A DNA stretch of 43,968 nucleotides from Candidatus Buchananbacteria bacterium (GTDB lineage Bacteria; Patescibacteriota; Patescibacteriia; 2-01-FULL-39-33): assembly GCA_903859075.1 (NCBI GenBank), contig CAIOLF010000003.1:1-43968 (forward strand), given 5' to 3'. A program made the translations under genes and the position numbers. Shown piece after piece: positions 9,122 through 15,748 of this stretch; position 1 is the stretch's first letter, and every line of letters starts with the position of its first letter. The notes below the pieces were generated by a model that was not told the origin of the DNA, did no database searches, and worked only from the letters and a program-made list of their open reading frames with translations.

Positions 9122-9150
9122 AATTTAACAAATATCTGGGCATTTGTCAA
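9122..9150 (-). promoter_or_regulatory. Candidate rpsB-tsf promoter
   Basis: Minus strand: TTGACA (9150-9145), 17 nt, TAAATT (9127-9122). Confidence 0.5.
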
Positions 9151-9173
9151 TATTTTCTGTAATCACCAGGGAA

Positions 9174-9202
9174 TTGACAAAAAAATTATTAAATGCTAGA
9201 GT
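9174..9202 (+). promoter_or_regulatory. Sigma70-type promoter driving GC-rich locus A
   Basis: TTGACA (9174-9179), 17 nt, TAGAGT (9197-9202). Back-to-back with the rpsB promoter. Confidence 0.6.
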
Positions 9203-9207
9203 TTAAG

Positions 9208-9592
9208 CCGATGTTGATGATGAAGCCCTTTAGGCGCTGCTGCGGCTAGATTTACTGGCAGCTTGTACGGCCGCGGCAGCGAGCAAGGTGTGTCATTCTT
9301 GCTCTTGGCAAGAAAGCTTGGAGACAGTTTCTCCTTCTTCTGCATGTATCCTTCTGCATGTATCATTGGCTGGGAAACCCCTCAGCCTTAGCGGATGCCA
9401 AAGCCGGCATCAGGAAACCAAAACCGGGTTTTCCAGTCCTCGCGGAGGATCGCCTCTCCACATGGGTGCTAACAACAAGATTAATTCATCTTGTCGGGCT
9501 AGGCATTCCAGGCGCCTGTACGTACGGGTGAGCCAAGCATTCATCACATCATAGGGTGCCCTGCCGCGACAGACACCCTTACCCCATAAATA
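9208..9592 (+). ncRNA. Candidate structured RNA A (about 385 nt, class unknown)
   Basis: G+C-rich island (34 G+C in 9241-9300) with no credible ORF and its own consensus promoter. Many local helices: 11 bp 9236-9246/9270-9280; 7 bp 9281-9287/9298-9304; 6 bp 9394-9399/9406-9411; 7 bp 9475-9481/9488-9494. Possible end-closing helix 9218-9224/9540-9546. No intrinsic terminator before the rpmE promoter. Confidence 0.45.
9337..9364 (+). repeat. Perfect tandem duplication, 14 nt x 2, inside locus A
   Basis: cttctgcatgtatc at 9337-9350 and again at 9351-9364. Confidence 0.9.
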
Positions 9593-9621
9593 TTGACTTT
9601 ACATATTTCTTCGCCTATAAT
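9593..9621 (+). promoter_or_regulatory. rpmE promoter
   Basis: TTGACT (9593-9598), 17 nt, TATAAT (9616-9621). Confidence 0.6.
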
Positions 9622-9646
9622 ATCTTCAGTTAGAAATAATTTTTTT

Positions 9647-9931
9647 ATGAAGAAAGACATCCATCCGCAATATTTCCCTAAAGCCAAAGTTTCCTGCGCC
9701 TGCGGCCATACTTTTATTGTCGGCTCAACGATGCCGGAAATCAGCGTGGAAATCTGTTCGGCTTGCCATCCTTTTTATACGGGCAAGCAGAAATTACTGG
9801 ATACTGCCAGACGCGTTGATAAATTTACTAAGCGTCTGGAACTAAAAACCGCCACTAGAAGCAAGAAGGTCAAAAAGGAAAAACAAAAAGAGATCAAAAA
9901 AGCCAAAACCACCAAAAAAGAAGGCAAATAA
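9647..9931 (+). CDS. rpmE: 50S ribosomal protein L31 (Zn-binding type) with Lys-rich C-terminal tail
   Basis: MKKDIHPQY..., CACGHTF...[10 protein letters not shown]. Start moved from the track start (9593, inside the promoter) to the ATG at 9647. Confidence 0.9.
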   Translation: MKKDIHPQYFPKAKVSCACGHTFIVGSTMPEISVEICSACHPFYTGKQKLLDTARRVDKFTKRLELKTATRSKKVKKEKQKEIKKAKTTKKEGK

Positions 9932-9948
9932 CTGATATTTATCAAAGG

Positions 9949-9978
9949 ACCCGCGGCTGTCTCTCCGGGTTCTTTTTG
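9949..9978 (+). terminator. Terminator after rpmE
   Basis: acccg (9949-9953) pairs with cgggt (9966-9970), followed by TCTTTTT. Confidence 0.55.
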
Positions 9979-10010
9979 TTTAGTAAATTTGCTATAATAT
10001 TATTAATTAT

Positions 10011-11072
10011 ATGAACGAAAAATTAGAATCAATCCAGCGGCGATTTGAAGAATTGGAACGCCTCATGCAAAATGAGGCGGTAGTTTCTGATCCCCAGAGA
10101 ATAAAAGAGACCGGCCAAGAATACGAGGATTTAAAAGAAATCATCAGCGCCAAGAAAAGACTGGACAAAGTTAACTCTGATTTAATGTCTGTCCGCCAAA
10201 TGATTGCCGATAGTTCTGATGATCAGGAGCTGCAAAAAATATCTTTGGAAGAAGAACAAGAGCTGTTGCGGCAAAAGGCCGATTTGGAAAAAGAGGTAAC
10301 CTTTTTATTGGTACCAAAAGATCCCAGTGACAAACGTAATGCCATTGTTGAAATCAGGGCTGGAGCCGGTGGAGATGAGTCGGCTTTATTTGCCGCCGAA
10401 TTATTCCGGTTGTATATGCGTTATGCCGAGGGCAAGAGATGGAAAACCAAGTTGCTTTCGGAAAATCGCATCGGCATCGGCGGCTTTAAGGAAGTGATTT
10501 TTGAGATTAAGGGGCGGGACGTTTTTAGCCTAATGAAATTCGAGTCCGGCGTGCACCGCGTCCAGCGCGTGCCGGAAACAGAGAAAAAAGGCCGCGTCCA
10601 CACCTCCACGGTTACGGTGGCGGTATTGCCGGAGGCGGAGGAAGTTGATCTGGTAATTGATCCAAAAGATTTGCGAATTGATACCTTTTGCGCCGGCGGC
10701 CATGGCGGCCAGAGCGTCAATACGACTTATTCGGCAGTGCGCATCACCCACTTGCCGACCAATACGGTGGTTTCTTGCCAGGATGAGCGTTCCCAGCTGC
10801 AAAATCGTGAAAAAGCCATGCTGGTGCTGCGTTCGCGCTTGCTGGCTCTAAAAAAAGAAGAAGAAAGCAAAAAACTCGGCGCCGCTCGCCAAGCCCAGAT
10901 CGGTACCGGCGATCGCAGCGAAAAAATCCGGACTTATAATTTTCCTCAAGACCGGATTACCGATCACCGCATTAATCAGAATTTCGGCAATATCGCCAAC
11001 GTTATGGAGGGCAATATTGAGCCGATTATTGAAGCGGTCAGGGCGCAGTATATCGCTGAGAGCATTAAATAA
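10011..11072 (+). CDS. prfA: Peptide chain release factor 1
   Basis: GGQ motif ([12 protein letters not shown]), RF1-type PxT tripeptide context [17 protein letters not shown], 353 aa. Confidence 0.95.
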   Translation: MNEKLESIQRRFEELERLMQNEAVVSDPQRIKETGQEYEDLKEIISAKKRLDKVNSDLMSVRQMIADSSDDQELQKISLEEEQELLRQKADLEKEVTFLLVPKDPSDKRNAIVEIRAGAGGDESALFAAELFRLYMRYAEGKRWKTKLLSENRIGIGGFKEVIFEIKGRDVFSLMKFESGVHRVQRVPETEKKGRVHTSTVTVAVLPEAEEVDLVIDPKDLRIDTFCAGGHGGQSVNTTYSAVRITHLPTNTVVSCQDERSQLQNREKAMLVLRSRLLALKKEEESKKLGAARQAQIGTGDRSEKIRTYNFPQDRITDHRINQNFGNIANVMEGNIEPIIEAVRAQYIAESIK

Positions 11073-11075
11073 TTT

Positions 11076-11123
11076 TTATAAAAAAAAGAAAAGACCACAG
11101 TGCGGAAATGCGTGGCTGTGGTC
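11076..11123 (-). terminator. Terminator of GC-rich cassette 2 (weaker for prfA on the plus strand)
   Basis: 8-bp stem gaccacag (11093-11100)/ctgtggtc (11116-11123). On the minus strand it is followed by TTTTCTTTTTTTT. Confidence 0.6.
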
Positions 11124-11196
11124 GGGAGTTTTGGCGTGAGCGTGAGACGGGGATGAGAGCTCTAGCGGGGAGCGGCGGTAATGAGTGACCGGGTGA

Positions 11197-11703
11197 TCAG
11201 GAGTGGACGGCATCATCGAGGACGACGGTGTGCCGTCGAAAATCGACTCGGACGATCGCACCGGCAGGACGAATGATCGTGCTGACGGGTGGCACTGGGC
11301 TCGTCTTGCTGTTTTCGGCCGCCAAGCGATTGGCAATTTCTTCCAGCAGAGCGACTTCCCCAGTGTCATCATTTCGGCGCAGGCCAAATTGTTCAAGATT
11401 GATCTTCCGATCTTTCTCAGCCGCCAACAGTATCGGCGATAGCGCTCTGGCCCCTTCGGCAGTTGCTTCGCCTTCGCAGAGCCGATTGGCGAGCCTGGTC
11501 GCTTCTTTCTTTAGGATCATAGCCTCGTAGTGGCCGAGCCTTCGCAGAGCCTCCTCCTGGCTCCAGCCGATCTCTTTAAGTACTGGGTTATTGGCCCAGA
11601 TTTCTTGTCTCACCCTGCTTATAACCTCATGGAGGCACTCGAGCCCGAGTTCCCCCACAATTAGCTGGGCGAACAATGGTTTGAACTCGGTTCCGTGCAT
11701 CAT
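11197..11703 (-). CDS. Hypothetical protein, G+C-rich ORFan (168 aa)
   Basis: AGGAGG (complement of 11714-11719) 10 nt before the ATG. Has its own consensus promoter and terminator. Composition is plausible for a helical protein. No family recognised. Confidence 0.55.
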   Translation of the reverse strand: MMHGTEFKPLFAQLIVGELGLECLHEVISRVRQEIWANNPVLKEIGWSQEEALRRLGHYEAMILKKEATRLANRLCEGEATAEGARALSPILLAAEKDRKINLEQFGLRRNDDTGEVALLEEIANRLAAENSKTSPVPPVSTIIRPAGAIVRVDFRRHTVVLDDAVHS

Positions 11704-11797
11704 GGGTATTTATCCTCCTAAAGTTGTTTGTTTTGTGGTGCGGTGATGAAGAAAGCTGCGGGGACTTGCCCCGCCTCCCCCTAAGGGGGATCGTCAA

Positions 11798-11826
11798 ATC
11801 ATACTGCCGATGAGCTGTTTTGTCAA
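11798..11826 (-). promoter_or_regulatory. Consensus sigma70 promoter of cassette 2
   Basis: Minus strand: TTGACA (11826-11821), 17 nt, TATGAT (11803-11798). The leader then has two GC hairpins (11758-11774 and 11776-11790). Confidence 0.65.
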
Positions 11827-11870
11827 GGGGTTGCTTTGTATTTATTTTTGTTTAAATTTAAATATTTATT

Positions 11871-12755
11871 ATGACAGTTAATCAATTTTTAAAGACGCTG
11901 GATCTGCCGCAACAGCTAAGATTAGATCAAGAAATATTGCTTGCCCACATCCTTCATCACCCTAGGGAGCATATTTTTGCTCATCCCGAGATCAAATTAT
12001 CAAAAACCCAGGTATCTAAATTCAGGCGGCTTTGGAAAAAACGGCTCAAAAATTATCCCCTGGCCTATCTCACCGGACAGAAGGAATTTTTTGGTCTTGA
12101 TTTTCATGTCAATAATAATGTCTTAATTCCCCGGCCGGAAACGGAATTCATGGTTGAGGAGATTATTGGCTATGTTGAAAAATCAGCTAGGGGGAAAAGC
12201 ATCATTGCTGATATCGGAACCGGCTCCGGCTGTATTGCCGTTGTTTTGAAAAAGAAATTGCCCGCGGCTCAAGTCATTGGTTTGGATGTTTCGGCTGCGG
12301 CCCTAAAAATTGCTAGAAAAAATTCTCAAAAAAACAAAACCGCGGTTGAATTTTACCGCGGTGATGTTGCAGCATTGGCAAAGAAAAAGATATTGCCGGA
12401 TATTATTGCCGCTAATCTCCCCTACTTAGATAAAGACAAAAAGCGGTTTTTTTATCACAATTGCCCGGCCTTGAAGTATGAGCCGGATTCTGCTTTATTT
12501 GCCAATAAAAATGGGCTGGGTGATTATATTAGTCTATTAGAAAAATTAATGGTTTTTAGAAAGCTGCCGACGGCGATTTTTCTGGAAATCGGCAGTAAAC
12601 AGATTAAGCTGGCGCGGCGGATTTTTCTTAGGATTTGCGGCGATAAATACGATCTAAAGGTGATTAATTATAAGGGAACGGCACTGATTCGGTTGATTAT
12701 AAGTTATAGGATAGTTTCAATAAAAAAGAAACAAGCTCGCTGGCTGGGCCATTGA
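11871..12755 (+). CDS. prmC: Release-factor glutamine N5-methyltransferase (HemK/PrmC)
   Basis: SAM motif DIGTGSGCIA; catalytic tetrapeptide position reads NLPY (12414-12425) instead of NPPY; PRPETE block; 294 aa. Confidence 0.85.
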   Translation: MTVNQFLKTLDLPQQLRLDQEILLAHILHHPREHIFAHPEIKLSKTQVSKFRRLWKKRLKNYPLAYLTGQKEFFGLDFHVNNNVLIPRPETEFMVEEIIGYVEKSARGKSIIADIGTGSGCIAVVLKKKLPAAQVIGLDVSAAALKIARKNSQKNKTAVEFYRGDVAALAKKKILPDIIAANLPYLDKDKKRFFYHNCPALKYEPDSALFANKNGLGDYISLLEKLMVFRKLPTAIFLEIGSKQIKLARRIFLRICGDKYDLKVINYKGTALIRLIISYRIVSIKKKQARWLGH

Positions 12756-12759
12756 GCTT
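12721..12759 (-). terminator. Weak candidate terminator for locus B, overlapping the prmC stop codon
   Basis: Minus strand: aagctc, 15-nt loop, gagctt, then GTTTCTTTTTT. Only a 6-bp stem. Confidence 0.3.
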
Positions 12760-13393
12760 GATGAATTGTGTTACTCGTGGTGCTTTGGCAACCACGGTCT
12801 CTGGTCGGTTTGAACTGCGGCGCTATAGGACATCTGCTGTGTCCAAAGGTGGCCTGTACGTCTGCAGGCATGCAAGGAACACATGCTCTTTTCACAGGGT
12901 TGCAGCACACTGCTTTTCTTGATACGCCAACCGCGTCGTAAAAACCAGTACTCAAAGCCGAGTCAGCCTGTTAATTGCGCAGCGTTTAGCGCAATATTGC
13001 ATTACATAATACATAACTAACGACTTCATGTTAGGCTCCAGACGAAGCCCAGTTGTTGGTGGTCTGCGGATTGTCTCCGCGACCTATGTCCTCCGCCCTA
13101 GTTGTCGGGGGATCTGATAGAGACCATGCCGCAACCTCTCCTCCTCGGTTAAACGCTTGACACGCATTGCGCGTTTGACACAGCGCGCAATTGCCACCGC
13201 ACTTGGCAGCCAGCGAAGCGGCAAAGCCACTCCTTGCCGGGACTACCAGTAATGCACCTCTTTTTTTTCCGTACCGCTAGCACTAGCCAATGCGGGGTGA
13301 AACGGCGTCCTGATTCTGATGTAAGCTGAGCACGCAGGCCTCCTTTCCGTCGCAGCCGACGTCAGCCAAGGCGCCAATTCCCTAGAGGTAACA
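12722..13393 (-). ncRNA. Candidate large structured RNA B (about 650-670 nt, class unknown)
   Basis: G+C-rich island (35 G+C in 13141-13200) with no credible ORF in any frame. Perfect promoter just upstream on the minus strand. Many helices: 8 bp 13166-13173/13184-13191; 9 bp with one bulge 13061-13084; 7 bp 12974-12980/12989-12995; 6 bp 12775-12780/12791-12796; 5 bp 13348-13352/13357-13361. Confidence 0.45.
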
Positions 13394-13399
13394 TTAGTA

Positions 13400-13428
13400 A
13401 TTATAGGAAAACATTAAGAAAAAGTCAA
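13400..13428 (-). promoter_or_regulatory. Consensus sigma70 promoter driving locus B
   Basis: Minus strand: TTGACT (13428-13423), 17 nt, TATAAT (13405-13400). Confidence 0.65.
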
Positions 13429-13457
13429 TGTCTCTTGTCAATAGTTAAAAAATCATT

Positions 13458-13488
13458 AAAAAAACCCCGATTTTAAACGGGGCTTTTT
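13458..13488. terminator. Bidirectional terminator after rplY
   Basis: aaaaaaa-ccccg-attttaaa-cgggg-cttttt. Confidence 0.7.
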
Positions 13489-13501
13489 CATAGTATGAAG
13501 G

Positions 13502-14188
13502 TTACTTTTTTTCTTCCTTTTTGGTAGCATGGAGGTTATTTTTTTCTTCCTTCTTTTCCTCAGTAGCGGCAGCTTCAGTAGCGGCAGCTTCAGTAGGAAT
13601 TTCAGTAGCGATAGGTTCTTCAATTTTTTCTTCTTTCGGCTTGGTGGCCAGTACGACCACGTCAGCAGGCTCATGATGGAGAATTTCTATGGTTTTGGGG
13701 ATCGGCAGATCTTTAATGGTAATAGCGTCATCAAAATTCTGCAGCTGGGAAACATCGACGTCAATTTCATGGATCAAATCCCCGGGGAAGCATTTGACTT
13801 CCACTTCCGTGATATTGTGAACCAGCAGTCCGCCGTCTTCTTTGACGATTTTAGACTCACCGACGAATTTTATTTGGATATGGGCATGGATCTTTTCGTC
13901 CATTTTGATTTGCAGAAAGTCAACATGGGAAATGCGATTTTTTATCGGATCATGCTGCAAATCGGAAATCAGCGTCTTTAGCGGTTGCTGATTATCGATC
14001 GCTAGGTCAATGATAGTACTCTCTCCCGCCTCATTATAGACTTTTTCAAAAGTGATATAATCCAATTCCAGATTTTCATTTTTAATCCCATGGCCGTAAA
14101 GTACCGCTGGGATTTTGTTGTTTTGTCTGAGTAAAGTTGCTTTTTTACCGGTAAGTTCCCTTTTTTTAGCGTCTAATTTAAGAGTCAT
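13502..14188 (-). CDS. rplY: 50S ribosomal protein L25/general stress protein Ctc form, with repetitive acidic/Lys tail
   Basis: MTLKLDAKKRELTGKKATLLRQNNKIPAVLYGHG... The C-terminal tail TEAAATEAAATEEKKEEK is encoded by a 15-nt tandem repeat at 13561-13597. Confidence 0.9.
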   Translation of the reverse strand: MTLKLDAKKRELTGKKATLLRQNNKIPAVLYGHGIKNENLELDYITFEKVYNEAGESTIIDLAIDNQQPLKTLISDLQHDPIKNRISHVDFLQIKMDEKIHAHIQIKFVGESKIVKEDGGLLVHNITEVEVKCFPGDLIHEIDVDVSQLQNFDDAITIKDLPIPKTIEILHHEPADVVVLATKPKEEKIEEPIATEIPTEAAATEAAATEEKKEEKNNLHATKKEEKK

Positions 14189-14229
14189 AACTTTTTTTAA
14201 GAGATTAATATTAGTTATCCCAATTTAGC

Positions 14230-14592
14230 TTAAAAATCATTCTTTGTCAAGAGAGCCGCCAGTGATTCGCCGTTTTTTAGCAGTGAATACGATTCCAGCA
14301 GTTCCTCGCTGGTTAACGGACTTTCCTCTTGGTGTCGGCTGATTTCCTGGCCGCTTAAATCAGTGATCAGGCCCAAGGAGCTGATGCCATAGGCGCTAAA
14401 AGTTATCAGGGCGATAAGAGACGATAAACAATGCCGGCATTTGATGTAAAGCAGATGCGACTGGCCGTTTTCTTTGAGAATTTTTGCTTCCAAGGAATTA
14501 TAAGGCAAATCGCAAGCCGGGCAATTAGAAATGATTTTTATTGATTCATTGGATAATTTGCCAAAATTATGGCCGCTGAACATGTTTTTCAT
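14230..14592 (-). CDS. Hypothetical small protein with CPAC...CRHC zinc-ribbon-like motif
   Basis: 120-aa ORF between rplY and the SEDS gene on the same strand. Two CxxC pairs. No family recognised. Confidence 0.45.
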   Translation of the reverse strand: MKNMFSGHNFGKLSNESIKIISNCPACDLPYNSLEAKILKENGQSHLLYIKCRHCLSSLIALITFSAYGISSLGLITDLSGQEISRHQEESPLTSEELLESYSLLKNGESLAALLTKNDF

Positions 14593-14636
14593 ATGAATTC
14601 ATTATGACAAAATGGCAATTGAACGTCAACTGATCA

Positions 14637-15746
14637 TTAGCGCGGAATAATTTTGTTTTTATTGATATTGATGATTATTCCTAAAATAAAGATAATAGTG
14701 ACCAAAAAACTGCCGCCATAAGAGACCAGGGGCAAAGAAATACCGGTTACCGGCAAAAGGCCGATGCACATGCCGATGTTAATGAAAATATGGATAAATA
14801 ATAGCGCTAGGACCAGTAAGCAAAAAAACAGCGAGAAGTCGTCCGGGGCGCGAATGGCAATTTTATAAATGCGGTAAAAGAGCAGGCTAAAGAAAGCTAA
14901 AATAAAAAGCACGCCGACAAGCCCCAATTCCTCGGCAATAACGGAAAAGATAAAGTCAGTCTGGCTCTCCGGGATGAATTTCAGCTGGCTTTGCGAGCCA
15001 AAACTTAGCCCTTTGCCAAAGAGGCCGCCTGAGCCGACGGCGATGACCGATTGCTGGACGTTATAGCCGCGGCCTAAGGGATCGAGATTAGGATTAAAAA
15101 AGGTGATGACACGGTCTTTTTGATAATCCTTGAAGACAAACAGCCAACTGCTAAGTAAGAGGATGCCAATGCCGCCGATAACGAGCAACATCTGCCATTT
15201 ATTTTTCACCATTAAAATAAAAGATATCAGCCAGATAAAAAATAACACCAGAGCGGATCCAAAATCAGGCTGCAACATTACCAATGCCAGCGGCACCAAT
15301 GCTAAAACTCCGATAGACATCAAATGGCGGAATTTATGGATGGTGCGGCCGTAGCGCCGGGCGATATCGGCGAGCACCATAATGAGAAATACTTTCATCA
15401 GTTCCACCGGCTGGAAACTGAAAATTCCCAAGTTAAACCAGCCGCGCGAACCGCGAATGGTTGAGCCCAGAGGCGTTAAGACTAGGATTAACAGCAATAA
15501 AGACACCAGGTAACCGGCCCAACCGATTTTTTGCCAGCTGCGGTAATTGATTTGGGCCGCTGCCAGGAAAATAATCAGGCCGATGGCAATAAAGATCAAT
15601 TGTTTGTTGAAATTTATGAATTCGCCGGTGCCGCGTCCCAGGGCGACGCTATAAATCGCGGCCAATCCGAAAGCGATTAGTAGCAGCATGGGCAAAAAAA
15701 TAAACCAATCGAATTTGTCCAGTAATTTATAAAAATTTAATTTCAT
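14637..15746 (-). CDS. SEDS-family peptidoglycan glycosyltransferase (FtsW/RodA)
   Basis: 369 aa, about 10 TM helices, RGSRGWFNLG.FSFQPVELMK and LPLVSYGGS blocks typical of FtsW/RodA. Confidence 0.85.
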   Translation of the reverse strand: MKLNFYKLLDKFDWFIFLPMLLLIAFGLAAIYSVALGRGTGEFINFNKQLIFIAIGLIIFLAAAQINYRSWQKIGWAGYLVSLLLLILVLTPLGSTIRGSRGWFNLGIFSFQPVELMKVFLIMVLADIARRYGRTIHKFRHLMSIGVLALVPLALVMLQPDFGSALVLFFIWLISFILMVKNKWQMLLVIGGIGILLLSSWLFVFKDYQKDRVITFFNPNLDPLGRGYNVQQSVIAVGSGGLFGKGLSFGSQSQLKFIPESQTDFIFSVIAEELGLVGVLFILAFFSLLFYRIYKIAIRAPDDFSLFFCLLVLALLFIHIFINIGMCIGLLPVTGISLPLVSYGGSFLVTIIFILGIIININKNKIIPR

Positions 15747-15748
15747 AT

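Noticed and set aside
9515-9528. The palindrome cctgtacgtacggg resembles part of group II intron domain V (..GUACGG..).
   Set aside because: There is no GUGYG 5' end and no reverse-transcriptase or maturase ORF. The locus is too short for the six intron domains, and the resemblance is limited to a few nucleotides.
9288-9554. An 88-aa ORF inside locus A.
   Set aside because: It has no RBS, starts about 80 nt into the transcript, and is Cys/Ser/Arg/His-rich and non-protein-like. I treat the locus as non-coding, but blastx should confirm this.
9208-9592. RNase P or tmRNA identity for locus A. The size fits. Minus-strand strings GGUAAGGGUG, AGAUGAAU and GAAAACCCGGUUUU resemble RNase P conserved regions.
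   Set aside because: No GGAAAGUCC-type strand is present, the motif order and spacing are wrong, there is no promoter on the minus strand, and AAAACCGGGUUUU is a local palindrome. No tRNA-like acceptor/T-arm or GGGG 5' end is present for tmRNA.
9593-9646. The track start of the L31 ORF at 9593 (112 aa).
   Set aside because: That start lies inside the -35 box of the rpmE promoter and adds a non-conserved peptide. The canonical L31 N-terminus MKKDIHPQY begins at 9647.
11076-11530. ORFs 11076-11396 (minus), 11203-11442 and 11228-11530 (plus) in island 3.
   Set aside because: They overlap the better-supported 168-aa frame, which has a consensus promoter, AGGAGG and a terminator. They are G+C-driven spurious frames.
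12704-12955. An 83-aa minus-strand ORF inside locus B that overlaps the prmC 3' end.
   Set aside because: It has no RBS and a Cys/Arg/Pro-rich composition, and it overlaps a bona fide gene end. It is probably spurious.
13300-13330. The plus-strand string CCTGATTCTGATGT resembles the 5' region of tmRNA (GCUGAUUCUGGAUU).
   Set aside because: It is on the strand opposite the promoter, too little sequence lies downstream, and there is no T-arm/CCA end or tag reading frame.
12845-13348. Possible RNase P identity of locus B. ACGGAAAGGAGGCC (complement of 13337-13348, plus two flanking nt) resembles the GGAAAGUCC P4 strand. It could pair 9 of 10 with ACAGGCCACCUUUGG (complement of about 12845-12858).
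   Set aside because: The other universal RNase P blocks (P8/P9 GNRA region, GGUAAGGGUGAAA-type J11/12-13, AGAUGAAUG, ACAGAAxCCGGCUUA) are not found in the right order, and the length is far above normal. A chance match in G+C-rich sequence is likely. cmscan would settle it.
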